A stretch of DNA of 64,000 bases from Acaryochloridaceae cyanobacterium VAR_48_metabat_390 (GCA_031422435.1 JANPLU010000101.1:20562-84561), one strand, 5' to 3'; positions 35,467 to 47,253 are shown, numbered from the stretch's first letter. Notes: a model not told the origin generated them from the letters alone. Made by a program: numbers and translations.

Positions 35467-35511
35467 CGTTAAACCTTGCGTCTTGGGCAAGCGGTTTTAG
35501 GCAATCTAAAG

Positions 35512-36192
35512 ATGGGAAATCAAAAAAAAGCAAAAAGAATAGGGCAGCGACGTAGCCTAGCCAAAATTTCTGCCCTTAAGGCGAAAGAGAGCCATTCGTC
35601 CATTTTGACGGAGCCGCCTGTAGATCGTGAGGCAGTGCTGACTTGGCTAGAGTCTCACGTTCCCAAAGCTCGGATTCAGCATATTTTGCGAGTTGAAGCC
35701 TATGCTGGCGAACTGGCACTTCTGCATGGCCTAGATGCAGCTCAGACCGCGCAGGCAGGCTTACTCCACGATCTCGCCAAGTATTTTTCACCAGACCGCC
35801 TTTTGGCGATGGCACAGGCCGAAGCACTGCCCATTGACGCAGTGCTAATGGCAGAACCCCGACTGCTTCATGCTGATGTAAGCGCGATTGTAGCCAGAGA
35901 CGTGTTTCAGGTTCAAAATCCAGTCATTTTGGATGCGGTGCGTAACCATACCCTTGGACAGCCCAAAATGCACCTGATGAGCTGCATCGTTTTTTTGGCA
36001 GATAGTCTAGAGCCTGGTCGCGGCGATCGCGAAGAACTCAACCAGATGCGTAAAGTGTCTGAGTCTAATTTGTATAGAGGCGTATGGCAGGTCTGCGATC
36101 GCACCCTCAATCAGCTCGTGCAAAACCGGAAGCTAATCCATCCTCGGATGGTAATGACGCGCAACTGGGCAATGCAGGCGACTAAAACTTAA
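35512..36192 (+). CDS. yqeK: HD-domain Ap4A hydrolase YqeK
   Basis: H..RV, LLHDLAK, LHA, HT, ADSLEPGR; upstream of rsfS; start uncertain. Confidence 0.85.
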   Translation: MGNQKKAKRIGQRRSLAKISALKAKESHSSILTEPPVDREAVLTWLESHVPKARIQHILRVEAYAGELALLHGLDAAQTAQAGLLHDLAKYFSPDRLLAMAQAEALPIDAVLMAEPRLLHADVSAIVARDVFQVQNPVILDAVRNHTLGQPKMHLMSCIVFLADSLEPGRGDREELNQMRKVSESNLYRGVWQVCDRTLNQLVQNRKLIHPRMVMTRNWAMQATKT

Positions 36193-36267
36193 GTCGGCAA
36201 AGCTAACGTCAAAGCAATTGCGATATGCTGAGAAAATAGCAATAGCCCATCGCAGAATTTTTTAACC

Positions 36268-36699
36268 TTGATTTTAGAGTCTTCCGTTTTGACAACCGCA
36301 CCCCAACCTGCTTCTAACTCAGAGCAATCTAGAACCTCAAGCCAACAGCTTGCCCTCACGCTGGCTGAGGCGGCGGATGATCGCAAAGGGGCAGATATTC
36401 TGATTCTCAATGTTCAGGATGTTTGCTATCTGACAGACTACTTTGTGATTGTGACAGGCTTCTCACGCACGCAGGTGAGAGCATTAGCCGATTCTATGAA
36501 AAAGGCAACCGAAGAACACTGCCATCGTTCACCCACCCACAGTGAAGGCCAGTCAGAATCTAACTGGATTGTGCTGGACTACGGAGATGCGATCGCCCAC
36601 ATCATGATGCCAGAGGCTCGAGAGTTTTATAGCCTAGAGGCCTTTTGGGGTCACGCAGAACGCATTTCTTTTCCGCTGCCGCCAGATGCTTCACTTTAG
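36268..36699 (+). CDS. rsfS: Ribosome silencing factor
   Basis: DDRKGADI, WIVLDYGD, REFYSLEAFW. Confidence 0.93.
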   Translation: MILESSVLTTAPQPASNSEQSRTSSQQLALTLAEAADDRKGADILILNVQDVCYLTDYFVIVTGFSRTQVRALADSMKKATEEHCHRSPTHSEGQSESNWIVLDYGDAIAHIMMPEAREFYSLEAFWGHAERISFPLPPDASL

Positions 36700-36837
36700 T
36701 GTTTCCCCTTAACGCACCAATTCAGCGCACCAACTTCAAGCACCAAGAGAGCGTGCCCAACAAGATAAAGCGGCACGATAGTAGACAAGCAAGTTATAAT
36801 TTTTGCGAAGCACCATCGTCTTTTCGCCAGCTTAGAC

Positions 36838-37167
36838 ATGACTAACCCCCTCGTAAACGCCTTTTTTCTCGGTCGAGCCACTGCTGAGGTTCTTGCCGAA
36901 GAGCTAGAGCATGGGCTAACGGACGTAATGAGCAACGTTGGCAAATTTGATGCCGAGCAGCGTGAACGTTTGCGCCAATTTACTCAGCAGGTAATGGTGC
37001 GAGCTGAAGCGGAGTCTTCTGCGACCGCAGCCACGCAGACCTACAGCAGCACCCACGCCAGCACCGCTAACGGTAGTGACGTTCAAGAAATTATTGATGA
37101 ATTAAGGGCCGAAATTGCTCAGCTTCGCGCTGCGCTTCAAGACTATCGGCAAAAGACGGGTGCTTAG
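36838..37167 (+). CDS. Conserved cyanobacterial coiled-coil protein
   Basis: NAFFLGRA...FDAEQRE...DELRAEIA; upstream of the ABC1 kinase. Confidence 0.75.
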   Translation: MTNPLVNAFFLGRATAEVLAEELEHGLTDVMSNVGKFDAEQRERLRQFTQQVMVRAEAESSATAATQTYSSTHASTANGSDVQEIIDELRAEIAQLRAALQDYRQKTGA

Positions 37168-37286
37168 AAATCCTAGAAGGGCAGGTTTTGCTGAAATACC
37201 TTGCGTAGATCTAGTCCTGCCTTGACTAAACCTGCCCCTACATTTCCATTGACCGAATCCTCAAGCTTTGATGTTTCTCCACTGTT

Positions 37287-39035
37287 TTGACCGTCCCTCG
37301 CTCAGGAATTTCTGTGTCTGCTCTTTCCTCTCCTCCGGCGCTTGCCCTTAATACCCGTAGCGCCTACCGCTGGAATCGAGAAAACTATTCTCGGCATCGA
37401 CGCTTTGTCGATATCTGGACGTTTGTCTTTCAGTTTCTGACGGCTCGCTGGCTCATGAATAAGCCTTGGAGCTATCAAGGCGGCATGACTCCAGAGCGTC
37501 AGGCAGCGCGGCGGCGGGCGCAGGCCATCTGGGTGCGAGAGACGTTTTTAGAGCTAGGCCCTACCTTCATTAAGCTAGGGCAACTCTTCTCAACACGGGC
37601 AGATTTGTTTCCGGTCGAGTACGTTGAAGAGCTATCTCAGCTTCAAGATCGGGTGCCCGCGTTTAGCTATGAGCAGGTGGAGCGCACCATTACTCAAGAG
37701 TTTGGTAAAGCCATCCCAGAGTTATTTAGCAGTTTTGACCCTATTCCTTTAGCGGCGGCTAGTTTAGGGCAAGTGCATAAAGCACAGCTCCACTCTGGTG
37801 AAGAAGTGGTGGTCAAGGTGCAGCGACCTGGCCTTAAAAAGCTGTTTGACATTGACTTAAGAATTCTCAAAGGCATTGCCCAGTATTTTCAGCGCCACCC
37901 TGATTGGGGTCCCGGTCGAGACTGGCTGGGCATTTACGAAGAGTGCTGCCGCATTCTCTATGAGGAAATTGACTACCTCAACGAGGGGCGCAACGCGGAT
38001 CTGTTTCGTCGTAACTTTAGAGAGTTTGACTGGGCGAATGTGCCCCGCGTGTTTTGGCGATATGCTTCTAAGCGTGTTTTGACCCTGGAATATATGCCAG
38101 GCATAAAAATTAGCAACTACGAAGCCCTTGAGGCGGCTGGAATTGAGCGTAAGACCGTGGCTCGGCTGGGAGCAGAAGCTTACCTACACCAGCTTTTGAC
38201 GGACGGATTTTTTCATGCTGACCCGCATCCTGGCAATATTTCAGTCAACGCAGCAGGGGAGCTAATTTTTTATGATTTTGGGATGATGGGTCAAATTCAG
38301 CCCCTCACGCGGGAGCGGCTGATGCAGACCTTTATGGGCGTTGCGCAGCGCGATGCAAACCAGGTCATGAATTCTTTGGTTGAGTTGGGGGCGCTGTCTG
38401 CTGTGCCAGACATGGGGCCTGTACGTCGGTCTATCCAGTACATGCTGGATAACTTTATGGACAAGCCCTTTGAGAATCAGTCGATTGCTCAAATTAGCGA
38501 TGATTTGTACGATGTTGCATACAATCAGCCCTTTCGGTTTCCCGCAACGTTTACCTTTGTGATGCGAGCCTTTTCTACTCTAGAGGGCGTAGGAAAAGGA
38601 TTAGATCCAGATTTTAACTTTATGGAGGTTGCAAAGCCTTTTGCAGCAGAACTTATGACCAACGGCAATTTGTCAGGACGCGATGATGGGAGCGGTGGGT
38701 TACTGGGTGAACTCAGTCGTCAGGCGGCTCAGGTGGGTAGCTCTGCTTTTGGCCTACCGCGACGCTTAGAGGATACGCTTGATAAGCTCGAGCAGGGCGA
38801 CATTCGAGTGCGGGTACGCTCCATTGAGACAGATCGTGCGCTGCGACGCATTAGTAACGTCAATATGGGGACGAACTACGTCCTTTTGGTTGGAACCTTT
38901 ACCTTATCGGCTACTATTTTGTTGGTGAACCAATTTGTTTGGCCTGCGGCGATCGCCGCAGTAATCGCCGCAGGGTTAGGCATTGTCTTGGTGCGGCACC
39001 TGCTACGAATTGATCGCTACGAACGGATGCTTTAG
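37287..39035 (+). CDS. ABC1/AarF/UbiB family kinase
   Basis: LGPTFIKLGQ, AAASLGQVH, VKVQRP, HADPHPGN, DFGM; start may be GTG at 37314. Confidence 0.93.
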   Translation: MTVPRSGISVSALSSPPALALNTRSAYRWNRENYSRHRRFVDIWTFVFQFLTARWLMNKPWSYQGGMTPERQAARRRAQAIWVRETFLELGPTFIKLGQLFSTRADLFPVEYVEELSQLQDRVPAFSYEQVERTITQEFGKAIPELFSSFDPIPLAAASLGQVHKAQLHSGEEVVVKVQRPGLKKLFDIDLRILKGIAQYFQRHPDWGPGRDWLGIYEECCRILYEEIDYLNEGRNADLFRRNFREFDWANVPRVFWRYASKRVLTLEYMPGIKISNYEALEAAGIERKTVARLGAEAYLHQLLTDGFFHADPHPGNISVNAAGELIFYDFGMMGQIQPLTRERLMQTFMGVAQRDANQVMNSLVELGALSAVPDMGPVRRSIQYMLDNFMDKPFENQSIAQISDDLYDVAYNQPFRFPATFTFVMRAFSTLEGVGKGLDPDFNFMEVAKPFAAELMTNGNLSGRDDGSGGLLGELSRQAAQVGSSAFGLPRRLEDTLDKLEQGDIRVRVRSIETDRALRRISNVNMGTNYVLLVGTFTLSATILLVNQFVWPAAIAAVIAAGLGIVLVRHLLRIDRYERML

Positions 39036-39043
39036 AAGAACGC

Positions 39044-39859
39044 ATGAAACTTCGGTTTGTTGGCTTAAGTGATCGAGGATTGGTGCGAGCCACCAATCAA
39101 GATTCCTATTGTGTGGACGATCCTCAAGGCCGATTTTTCATTGTTGCAGATGGCATGGGAGGGCACGCAGGCGGTGAAGAAGCTTCTCGTCTGGCAACTT
39201 GCGCAATCCGAGACTTTTTAGAAAAGAACTGGCATAAAGATTTAGAGCCTGCGACGCTACTCCGAGACGCATTTATTCAGGCCAACCGAAGTATTTTACA
39301 AAGCCAAAAGATTTCCCCAGAGCAGGGCGATATGGGCACCACTGCTGTAGTGGTTATTTTTTCACAAGCCCACGGCCCTTGGTGCGCCCATGTCGGTGAT
39401 TCTCGACTTTATCGTTTCCGCAATCAGCAGCTAGAGCAGGTTACTGAAGACCATACCTGGGTCGCCCAGGCGGTTCGAGCCAGAATCTTGACGCTGGATC
39501 AGGTTCGACTTCACCCGTGGCGACACGTCTTGTCTCAATGCTTAGGCCGTCAGGAACTGAACCAAATTGACGTACAGCCCATTGACCTAAGCAGCGGCGA
39601 TGTACTGCTGCTGTGCAGTGATGGTTTAACAGAAGAAGTGACGGATGAGGCGATCGCCCAAATGCTGCGACTGAAGACAGGCCTTTCCTGTAATGAAGCC
39701 GCAGGTTCTCTTATTTCTGAAGCAAAAATCAACGGCGGACAGGACAACATTACGGTCGTACTGGTTGCAGTGGACGAAATTCAGCCGGTTCTGAATGAAC
39801 AGCAGACGGTGCCCGATCTCCGGAATCAGGCAGAGGCAATACAGACGCTAGAAAGCTAA
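39044..39859 (+). CDS. PP2C Ser/Thr phosphatase
   Basis: NQD, VADGMGGH, VGDSR, CSDGL, GGQDNIT. Confidence 0.93.
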   Translation: MKLRFVGLSDRGLVRATNQDSYCVDDPQGRFFIVADGMGGHAGGEEASRLATCAIRDFLEKNWHKDLEPATLLRDAFIQANRSILQSQKISPEQGDMGTTAVVVIFSQAHGPWCAHVGDSRLYRFRNQQLEQVTEDHTWVAQAVRARILTLDQVRLHPWRHVLSQCLGRQELNQIDVQPIDLSSGDVLLLCSDGLTEEVTDEAIAQMLRLKTGLSCNEAAGSLISEAKINGGQDNITVVLVAVDEIQPVLNEQQTVPDLRNQAEAIQTLES

Positions 39860-39929
39860 TGTCGCCTATATTTCTTATCAAATGAGTTTTTAGGCACTTG
39901 AGCTATGTTTTGATTTACACGTCGTAAGT

Positions 39930-41249
39930 CTAGAATTTCGTCAGGAATTTTAAAATAAGCTTTCTGTATATTGAGATTGGCGCAAGGGACGCTCTTTGGT
40001 CTTCGTCGGCTGGCTCAACATAGCGGACTAAAGCTTTCCATCGTTGTTCAATTGCCGCCTGCCAGTCATCCAGTACCTGTAACGTATTAGTCTGTGAGAG
40101 AACAAACTCCTCACTCAACTGGGCTTGAAGGTATTCTTTAACCCGTTCAGCCTGTGGGCTAAGCCGCTGAAGCGTTTGGAGCATTGGGTTTTTGGCTACC
40201 GTAGGCACCGCTGCAAACACATCCACCCCAAGCGCTTTTGTACGCTCACACCAGTAACATTGCCCATGAGCAACGCTGAAAACGTGAGTGTTCACCTTCT
40301 GGCAGCGCTTAAGATCGGCGATCGCCACCTTAAATGCCTGCACCCATTCAGAAGCCATTGGGCGCAATGCCGGATTGAGGTGCCCGTCATTGAAACAGCG
40401 TAGAAAACAGTCCTGTAACGCCGGATGCACAATGGTAAGCGGCACGGTCAATTGACTAACCTTAATCGGGCTACGAGCTGCATAGGGCCACCATCCTTGA
40501 CGTACTAACTCATTGGGGTCAGGGGAATCTCCTGAACCCGTCCATTTCCCCTTAAAGGGATGATCGCTAAACAGCAGTAAGTAACAAATCACGCCCAATC
40601 GAAAGCGATCATGTACTTCAGTTTGCTCAAGAGTTGTCAAGTCCTGATCCATTAACTCCGCAGGCGTAAACCCTTCAGAACCCACCGGACAGCGATAAAG
40701 TTGACCCGTCTTAGGGTGACACACCTGAAACGAGTCCGTATCAATAATGGAAGGCAAGGCACCATCATCCACCAAAATATTTTGGGGTTTCAGGTCGCCC
40801 AGCACATACCCCGCACTGTGAATCGCCCAAACCAATGAGGCAATATTCATCGCCGTCGCGTGGAGATATAGCCAGTTAAACTCAGGGCGCACAGCCTGCC
40901 GCCGCTGAGGATTGTAAACCTCTAGCAGATCGACTGCCTTAGCCACCTCAGGCATTAAAAAACCGATGGGTGCCCCTGTCTGATCTTGAAGTAATGCGGT
41001 AGGCCAAGCAAAAGAAATATGGTTTATGTGAGCGTTAGGATCCTTCGGTGGATGAGCAATCATCACCTCCAGCTTTTGAATGCGTTCTGGACGCGGCGCG
41101 TAATAGATTTTTGCAAGAGAGCCAGACTGATTGGTGCGCCAGATTTCTCCTTCCCCGCTGCTGGCAAGTTGCTGCACTAAGACAATGGACTGTCCTGTGC
41201 TCATACAGTTTAGAGAATGAGGGCTTTCAACCTGCATTGATTTCAACAT
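39930..41249 (-). CDS. Ser/Thr kinase (YegI / TerY-triad type)
   Basis: SGEG, AKIY, GDLKPQNIL, IDTDSF, TPAEL, C-terminal C/H cluster. Confidence 0.85.
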   Translation of the reverse strand: MLKSMQVESPHSLNCMSTGQSIVLVQQLASSGEGEIWRTNQSGSLAKIYYAPRPERIQKLEVMIAHPPKDPNAHINHISFAWPTALLQDQTGAPIGFLMPEVAKAVDLLEVYNPQRRQAVRPEFNWLYLHATAMNIASLVWAIHSAGYVLGDLKPQNILVDDGALPSIIDTDSFQVCHPKTGQLYRCPVGSEGFTPAELMDQDLTTLEQTEVHDRFRLGVICYLLLFSDHPFKGKWTGSGDSPDPNELVRQGWWPYAARSPIKVSQLTVPLTIVHPALQDCFLRCFNDGHLNPALRPMASEWVQAFKVAIADLKRCQKVNTHVFSVAHGQCYWCERTKALGVDVFAAVPTVAKNPMLQTLQRLSPQAERVKEYLQAQLSEEFVLSQTNTLQVLDDWQAAIEQRWKALVRYVEPADEDQRASLAPISIYRKLILKFLTKF

Positions 41250-41286
41250 GCCTTAAATTGAAAAAATTGTAGATTAAATTTCACGC

Positions 41287-42078
41287 TTACTTGGTTTCAA
41301 AGCGGCAAAGCAAAAGGGTTTTGTCATCATCCGTTTGCTTATTTAAATACTCAGACTCCAGAAACTCCATGATGTAAGCATCTTCTTGTTCAGGTATCGG
41401 CGTTTCGGCTAGATATTCTTCTAGAGGCTTGAAAAATGCCCCATGAGGCTTCCACTGAGGGAGGTGCATTGCCAATCGTTCAAAGGCATCAGTAGCGGCA
41501 CAGATAAATTGAGGCGTTTCTGAAATCACCTTAACCTGAAGGTCGCTGTGGGCATTAGATGACGTTACAAAAGTGGTCTGGTTCACAAATTCGCCCTTGT
41601 CAGGCGTAAACATCAGCTCATAGGCCTGAGAAGGGGTACTAACGACCATAAATCCGTCGCCAATCTGCATTGCCGCAAACCAGTGGGGGGTCGCAACAAA
41701 GGCTAAGAGCGTACAGGCTAAGGTGTCAAGTTCATAACCATTTTGGGTGGCCTGCTGCTGTAGCTCATTTCTAACTGCGGTTAAGGTGCGCTCAAACAGT
41801 CGCTGGGTCTGCGCTTGAGAAGGAGACTGCGCTACAGTAGGCCATTGTGGATTTTGGGTAGGCTGAAGCCAGGTTTCTAAATGAGAGAGATAATCTAAGG
41901 TGCTTTTGACCGCGATGGCTGCGCCCATTTCGCTATGGGATGCACTGCCAGCCCCATCTGCGATCGCCCCAATTACCACTTCCCCGAAGCTACGATGCCC
42001 CCCTGCATCTTGGCAGGGCAGATTATGCCGTTGATGACGTGTCCCAATTACAGAACGACTGAGCGATCGCCAAGCCAT
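41287..42078 (-). CDS. PP2C-like phosphatase (YegK / TerY-triad type)
   Basis: GTRH..PCQD, ADGAGSA, QIGDG, DDDKTL. Confidence 0.88.
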   Translation of the reverse strand: MAWRSLSRSVIGTRHQRHNLPCQDAGGHRSFGEVVIGAIADGAGSASHSEMGAAIAVKSTLDYLSHLETWLQPTQNPQWPTVAQSPSQAQTQRLFERTLTAVRNELQQQATQNGYELDTLACTLLAFVATPHWFAAMQIGDGFMVVSTPSQAYELMFTPDKGEFVNQTTFVTSSNAHSDLQVKVISETPQFICAATDAFERLAMHLPQWKPHGAFFKPLEEYLAETPIPEQEDAYIMEFLESEYLNKQTDDDKTLLLCRFETK

Positions 42079-42099
42079 ATAAAATCCCCCAAAACTAAG

Positions 42100-42753
42100 C
42101 TAACTCACCTGTCCCCAGCCCACGGGCGGCAGCTCCACGGCCTCACCCACCCTGCCGCTAGACACCCGCTTCATAGACTTACTCAGCCATACAAACAATG
42201 ACTGAAAGTCTAGCCCATTCAGCAAAACAGGGGGGCGATCAGCAGGCGCAATTTGAGAAAGCGTCTTAAGGTCAGCCCCTTCCACCGCCACCGAGAAAAA
42301 ACAGAACTTGCGCTCCGCTTCCCCTTGCTTAATTCGGGCAGCCGCATTTTGCCACGGATCTGTCGGCGCACCATCCGTAATCATAAAAATCCAGGGGCGA
42401 TAATACTGGATGCCGTTGTCTTGATAAACCTGCTTGCGAGTTTTGAGTAAGTCTAAGGCATACTCAATCGCTTCACCCATAGGCGTTACGTCATCTGCGA
42501 CCAAGGCGGGGGGCGTGAATTGGTCAATGGTGACAAAATCTTGCACCAGCTTTACAGGGCCAAAGGTAATCAGCGCAACCTCCACGCTTAAAGCGGCTTT
42601 AGTATCTGCCTGAATATTTTCTTTGAATAGGCTTACACCCTGATTAAGAGCGTTCATTGCGTCCCCAATCATAGAACCGGACGTGTCTAAGAGCAGAATG
42701 ACAGGGCAGCGGTTCTCAGGATTTTGAACAAACTCTGGAAATCCTACAGGCAT
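42100..42753 (-). CDS. vWA-domain protein (TerY / YegL type)
   Basis: LLDTSGSM MIDAS motif, YYRPWIFMITDGAPTD. Confidence 0.9.
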   Translation of the reverse strand: MPVGFPEFVQNPENRCPVILLLDTSGSMIGDAMNALNQGVSLFKENIQADTKAALSVEVALITFGPVKLVQDFVTIDQFTPPALVADDVTPMGEAIEYALDLLKTRKQVYQDNGIQYYRPWIFMITDGAPTDPWQNAAARIKQGEAERKFCFFSVAVEGADLKTLSQIAPADRPPVLLNGLDFQSLFVWLSKSMKRVSSGRVGEAVELPPVGWGQVS

Positions 42754-43062
42754 CTCACCCTCCCAAGCAATCTAAAAATTCTTCTGAATTCTACCGCCAA
42801 CGGTTTAACTTGATACAGCTAAAACCTAGAAACTTAGAATTTAAGCGCCCGTTCATTCACGGCATCTTTTAGACAAAAATGGAGTGCTTCCCTAACAAAC
42901 CTGATTTTTATGGCAATGACCTGCCAAAAATACAGCAGTAAAACTTAACACAATATCTGCACACAACTTCCTGCTGGCGTGTCACAGCACTCTGATAGAC
43001 TTATACATTGATACGTAAGATACAAAAACGGCGCAACATCGGCATCTGGGAGGATTTACTGC

Positions 43063-44103
43063 GTGGATAATGTCATCGGTTTAGAGATTATTGAAGTTGT
43101 AGAACAAGCAGCGATCGCCTCAGCACGCCTCATGGGGAAAGGCGACAAAAATGAAGCAGATCATGTTGCAGTAGAAGCCATGCGGGAACGCATGAACAAA
43201 ATCCACATGCGGGGTCGTATTGTGATTGGCGAAGGCGAGCGGGATGACGCGCCCATGCTCTACATTGGCGAAGAAGTGGGCATCTGTACCCAGCCCAATG
43301 CAGACCAAATTTGCAGCCTAGAAGAACTAGTCGAAATTGACATTGCCGTTGACCCCTGCGAAGGTACTAACCTCGTGGCCTACGGTCAAAATGGCTCTAT
43401 GGCTGTGTTGGCAATTTCAGAAAAAGGCGGACTGTTTGCCGCCCCTGATTTTTACATGAAGAAACTGGCAGCCCCTCCCGCTGCAAAAGGCAAAGTAGAC
43501 ATCAATAAGTCTGCCACCGAAAACCTCAAGATTTTGTCTGAGTGTCTTGATCGCTCCATTGAAGACCTTGTGGTGGTGGTCATGAAGCGTGAGCGTCACA
43601 CAGACCTCATCAAAGAAATTCGTGAAGCAGGCGCACGGGTTGCGCTGATCTCTGACGGAGATGTCTCGGCTGCTATCTCTTGTGCGTTCTCTGGTACCAA
43701 CATCCATGCGCTGATGGGCATTGGTGCAGCACCAGAAGGCGTTATTTCTGCCGCTGCAATGCGGGCGTTGGGCGGTCACTTCCAAGGGCAGTTGATTTAC
43801 GATCCTGAAATCGTTAAGACTGGTCTGATTGGTGAGAGCAAAGAAAGCAACCTAGAGCGTCTTGCCAGCATGAATATCCACGACCCTGATAAGGTCTACG
43901 ATGCTCATGAACTTGCCTGTGGCGAAACGGTTCTGTTTGCAGCCTGCGGGATTACTACGGGTACCCTTATGAAAGGTGTTCGATTCTTTGCGGGTGGTGC
44001 GAGAACTCAGTCTCTGGTTATTTCAACCCAATCCAACACGGCTCGGTTTGTCGATACCATCCATCGCTTTGACTCCAAACCCCGTTCGCTTCAGCTTAAC
44101 TAG
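43063..44103 (+). CDS. glpX: Class II fructose-1,6-/sedoheptulose-1,7-bisphosphatase
   Basis: [29 protein letters not shown]. Confidence 0.96.
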   Translation: MDNVIGLEIIEVVEQAAIASARLMGKGDKNEADHVAVEAMRERMNKIHMRGRIVIGEGERDDAPMLYIGEEVGICTQPNADQICSLEELVEIDIAVDPCEGTNLVAYGQNGSMAVLAISEKGGLFAAPDFYMKKLAAPPAAKGKVDINKSATENLKILSECLDRSIEDLVVVVMKRERHTDLIKEIREAGARVALISDGDVSAAISCAFSGTNIHALMGIGAAPEGVISAAAMRALGGHFQGQLIYDPEIVKTGLIGESKESNLERLASMNIHDPDKVYDAHELACGETVLFAACGITTGTLMKGVRFFAGGARTQSLVISTQSNTARFVDTIHRFDSKPRSLQLN

Positions 44104-44124
44104 GGATTAGCAAAGTAACCTTAT

Positions 44125-44157
44125 CCCGTAGGAGGACTAATTTTTTGCTCCTACGGG
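44125..44157 (+). terminator. Hairpin after glpX
   Basis: cccgtaggag...ctcctacggg inverted repeat. Confidence 0.55.
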
Positions 44158-44277
44158 GTACTCAGTTGACCTAGATTCAGTCGAACCGACTAAGTGTATT
44201 CGCAAATTTTTTTAACTTAAAAACCTTTTGTTTCATTTTAGATAGAGATAATAAGAGGGTATAGGACGGGAGGAGTC

Positions 44278-45570
44278 ATGAATATTGCGGTTGTCGGGCT
44301 TAGCCATAAGACAGCGCCAGTTGAAATTCGAGAAAAGCTGAGTGTGCCAGATGACGCTAAAGAAAAGGCGATCGCTCAGCTTAAGGGCTACCCTCACCTA
44401 GAAGAAGTTGCAATTCTTAGCACCTGCAACCGTTTAGAAATTTATGTTGTTGCCAAAGAAACCGAGAATGGGGTGCGTGAGCTAACCCAGTTTTTGGCAG
44501 AGTGGAGTAAGCTGCCGCTTTCAGAATTACGGAGTCATTTGTTTGTGCTGCTTCATCAGGATGCGGTGATGCATCTGATGCGGGTGGCTTCTGGATTAGA
44601 CAGTTTGGTCTTGGGCGAAGGGCAGATTTTGTCCCAAGTCAAGCACACCCATAAAATTGCTCAGCAGTATGCTGGTGCGGGTCCAATTCTAAATCGTCTT
44701 TTTAAGCAGGCGTTGTCTGCGGGTAAACGGGTGCGAACTGAAACTAGCATTGGGACTGGAGCGGTTTCTATTAGCTCTGCGGCGGTAGAACTAGCTCAGC
44801 TCAAGGTTAATGACTGGACAGACTGTCGCGTGGCAATTTTGGGCGCAGGGAAGATGTCGCGGCTGCTGGTGCAGCATTTGATCAGCAAAGGGGCGAATCA
44901 GATTACGATTCTGAACCGCTCTTTACAGCGATCGCAGGAATTAGCTAGCCAATTCAAAGAAACAACCCTAACGCTGTGTCATCTCTCTGACATGGAATCC
45001 GTGTTGGCCTGCTCAGATCTTGTTTTCACCAGCACGTCTGCAACAGAGCCAATTTTAGACCGCGCTTTGCTAGAGCCGCTCGTCTGTAATCGCGGCACGA
45101 TGATGATTGTCGATATTGCCGTACCGCGTAATGTCCACGCCAATGTCAATGAGCTGATGGAGGTCCGCGCCTTTAACGTGGATGACCTCAAAGCTGTGGT
45201 GGCTCAAAACCAAGAAAGCCGTCGTCAAATGGCAATGGAGGCCGAAACGCTTTTAGAAGAGGAATTGGAGGCGTTTGACGTGTGGTGGCGATCGCTGGAG
45301 ACGGTGCCCACTATCAGCAGTCTAAGAGCCAAAATTGAAACGATTCGGGAGCAGGAATTAGAGAAAGCGCTGTCTCGATTGGGGACTGAATTTGCTGATA
45401 AGCACCAAGAGGTGATTGAAGCGCTGACGCGGGGCATTGTGAATAAAATTTTGCATGACCCGATGGTGCAGCTTCGAGCGCAGCAGGACATTGAAGCACG
45501 GCAACGCGCGATGCAGTCACTTCAGATGCTGTTTAACTTAAACCCTGCCTCAACTCAAATTCAGCCCTAA
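44278..45570 (+). CDS. hemA: Glutamyl-tRNA reductase
   Basis: [28 protein letters not shown]. Confidence 0.97.
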   Translation: MNIAVVGLSHKTAPVEIREKLSVPDDAKEKAIAQLKGYPHLEEVAILSTCNRLEIYVVAKETENGVRELTQFLAEWSKLPLSELRSHLFVLLHQDAVMHLMRVASGLDSLVLGEGQILSQVKHTHKIAQQYAGAGPILNRLFKQALSAGKRVRTETSIGTGAVSISSAAVELAQLKVNDWTDCRVAILGAGKMSRLLVQHLISKGANQITILNRSLQRSQELASQFKETTLTLCHLSDMESVLACSDLVFTSTSATEPILDRALLEPLVCNRGTMMIVDIAVPRNVHANVNELMEVRAFNVDDLKAVVAQNQESRRQMAMEAETLLEEELEAFDVWWRSLETVPTISSLRAKIETIREQELEKALSRLGTEFADKHQEVIEALTRGIVNKILHDPMVQLRAQQDIEARQRAMQSLQMLFNLNPASTQIQP

Positions 45571-45618
45571 TTGTGGTTAGGGAATTTTTGAGAAATCACC
45601 TAGACTCCGGCATACGGC

Positions 45619-46551
45619 TCAAAATGTCGCTGGATTTCTGCTGTTGTAGGCAAAAGAACCCACAATCATGGAGCCAATTCCTGCATCCGTAAAGATTTCT
45701 AAAAGGAGTGCATGGGGTACACGACCATCAATAACGTGGGCGGCACGAACGCCTTGAGCCAGCGATCGCACGCAGCAGCCTACTTTCGGTATCATCCCCC
45801 CCGACACTACACCCGACTGGATCAATTCACGAGCCTGGGTAATATCCATTTGGGGAATGAGCGTAGAAGGGTCATGGAAATCTTCCATAATCCCAGGGGT
45901 ATCTGTCAGCAAAATTAGCTTTTCAGCCCCTAGGGCAGCAGCAATTTCTCCTGCAACCGTATCGGCATTGATGTTATATGCCTGACCCGTTTCATCAGTG
46001 GCAACCGTAGACACCACAGGAATATAGCCATTATCTGCCAGGGTTGCAATAAGGTCTTCATTGATGCTGGTGACTTCCCCCACAAAGCCGATGTCTTCAG
46101 ACCCTTCGGGACGCGCCAGAATCAGATTAGCATCTTTGCCACAAACCCCCACTGCAGAGCCGCCTGCCTGGTTAATGAGCGACACCAGTTCTTTATTAAC
46201 CCGACCCACCAGAACCATCTCTACAACGTCCATCGTATCGGCATCGGTCACGCGCAGACCGTTTATAAATTGCGGCTCAATGCCCAGCTTGCCCAGCCAG
46301 TGATTAATCTCTGGTCCACCGCCATGCACCACCACGGGGCGAATGCCCACGCAGGCCATAAACACAATATCGCTAATGACCTGAGCTTTGAGGGCGCTAT
46401 CTTTCATGGCGGCTCCTCCGTACTTCACCACGATGGTTTTGCCGACAAATGCCTGAATGTAGGGCAGTGCCTCACTCAGAACCTGAACGCGATCGTTATT
46501 GTTGAGATTGTTGGGCATGGATGGGGATGGGGTTGGGCTGGAGTATTGCAA
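45619..46551 (-). CDS. argB: Acetylglutamate kinase
   Basis: [28 protein letters not shown]. Confidence 0.96.
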   Translation of the reverse strand: MQYSSPTPSPSMPNNLNNNDRVQVLSEALPYIQAFVGKTIVVKYGGAAMKDSALKAQVISDIVFMACVGIRPVVVHGGGPEINHWLGKLGIEPQFINGLRVTDADTMDVVEMVLVGRVNKELVSLINQAGGSAVGVCGKDANLILARPEGSEDIGFVGEVTSINEDLIATLADNGYIPVVSTVATDETGQAYNINADTVAGEIAAALGAEKLILLTDTPGIMEDFHDPSTLIPQMDITQARELIQSGVVSGGMIPKVGCCVRSLAQGVRAAHVIDGRVPHALLLEIFTDAGIGSMIVGSFAYNSRNPATF

Positions 46552-46554
46552 TCA

Positions 46555-47139
46555 TTATTCTATATCGGGACTGCTTGGCTCGAATTTTACCTGTCGGTAT
46601 AGATCGGCGATCGCAATTTCTACGCCTACCGATTCAAGCTTTAAGCGATCATCCAGCGCATATTCTGACAATACCCATTGACCTGCCTCATTGCGCCGAA
46701 ACACCTCCACTCCTGGCTGCTCAACCTGCACCAAGATGTACTCTTGAAGTGCCGTAAACTTACGGTAATGAGCAAACTTAATGCCCCGATCAATGGCCTC
46801 AGTAGAAGGCGATAGTATCTCAATAATCAAACACGGAAACTGGACAAATCTGGGGTCTTTATCGCGTTCATCACAGGTGACAACGACATCTGGGTAAAAG
46901 AATTTTCGTCCCATCTCCACTTGAACTTTGACATCTACCATGTAGACTTCGCACGGTCGGTCCATTAAGACATCGTCTAAAAGCTTTGAAACATTAAGGG
47001 AAATTCGGTTATGGTTGCGAGTCGCCCCCGACATTGCGACGACTTCACCATCCCAATATTCATAGCGCTCTTCTTGGGTGGGTTCCCAATCGAGATATTC
47101 CTCAACGGTCATCATCAATCGATCCGATAGCGCAACCAT
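46555..47139 (-). CDS. Uma2 family endonuclease
   Basis: YEYWDGEVVAMSG, YPDVVV, IEILSPST. Confidence 0.9.
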   Translation of the reverse strand: MVALSDRLMMTVEEYLDWEPTQEERYEYWDGEVVAMSGATRNHNRISLNVSKLLDDVLMDRPCEVYMVDVKVQVEMGRKFFYPDVVVTCDERDKDPRFVQFPCLIIEILSPSTEAIDRGIKFAHYRKFTALQEYILVQVEQPGVEVFRRNEAGQWVLSEYALDDRLKLESVGVEIAIADLYRQVKFEPSSPDIE

Positions 47140-47253
47140 AGGTCAATCAGAATAGATGGCTCTTTTCTAGAATAGCGGATAGATAACCCCCATTTCGTGC
47201 CTTACGGACGCTTGGTTTAGAGCAACTGTCCTTTAGTTAATACCCCTAAAAAA

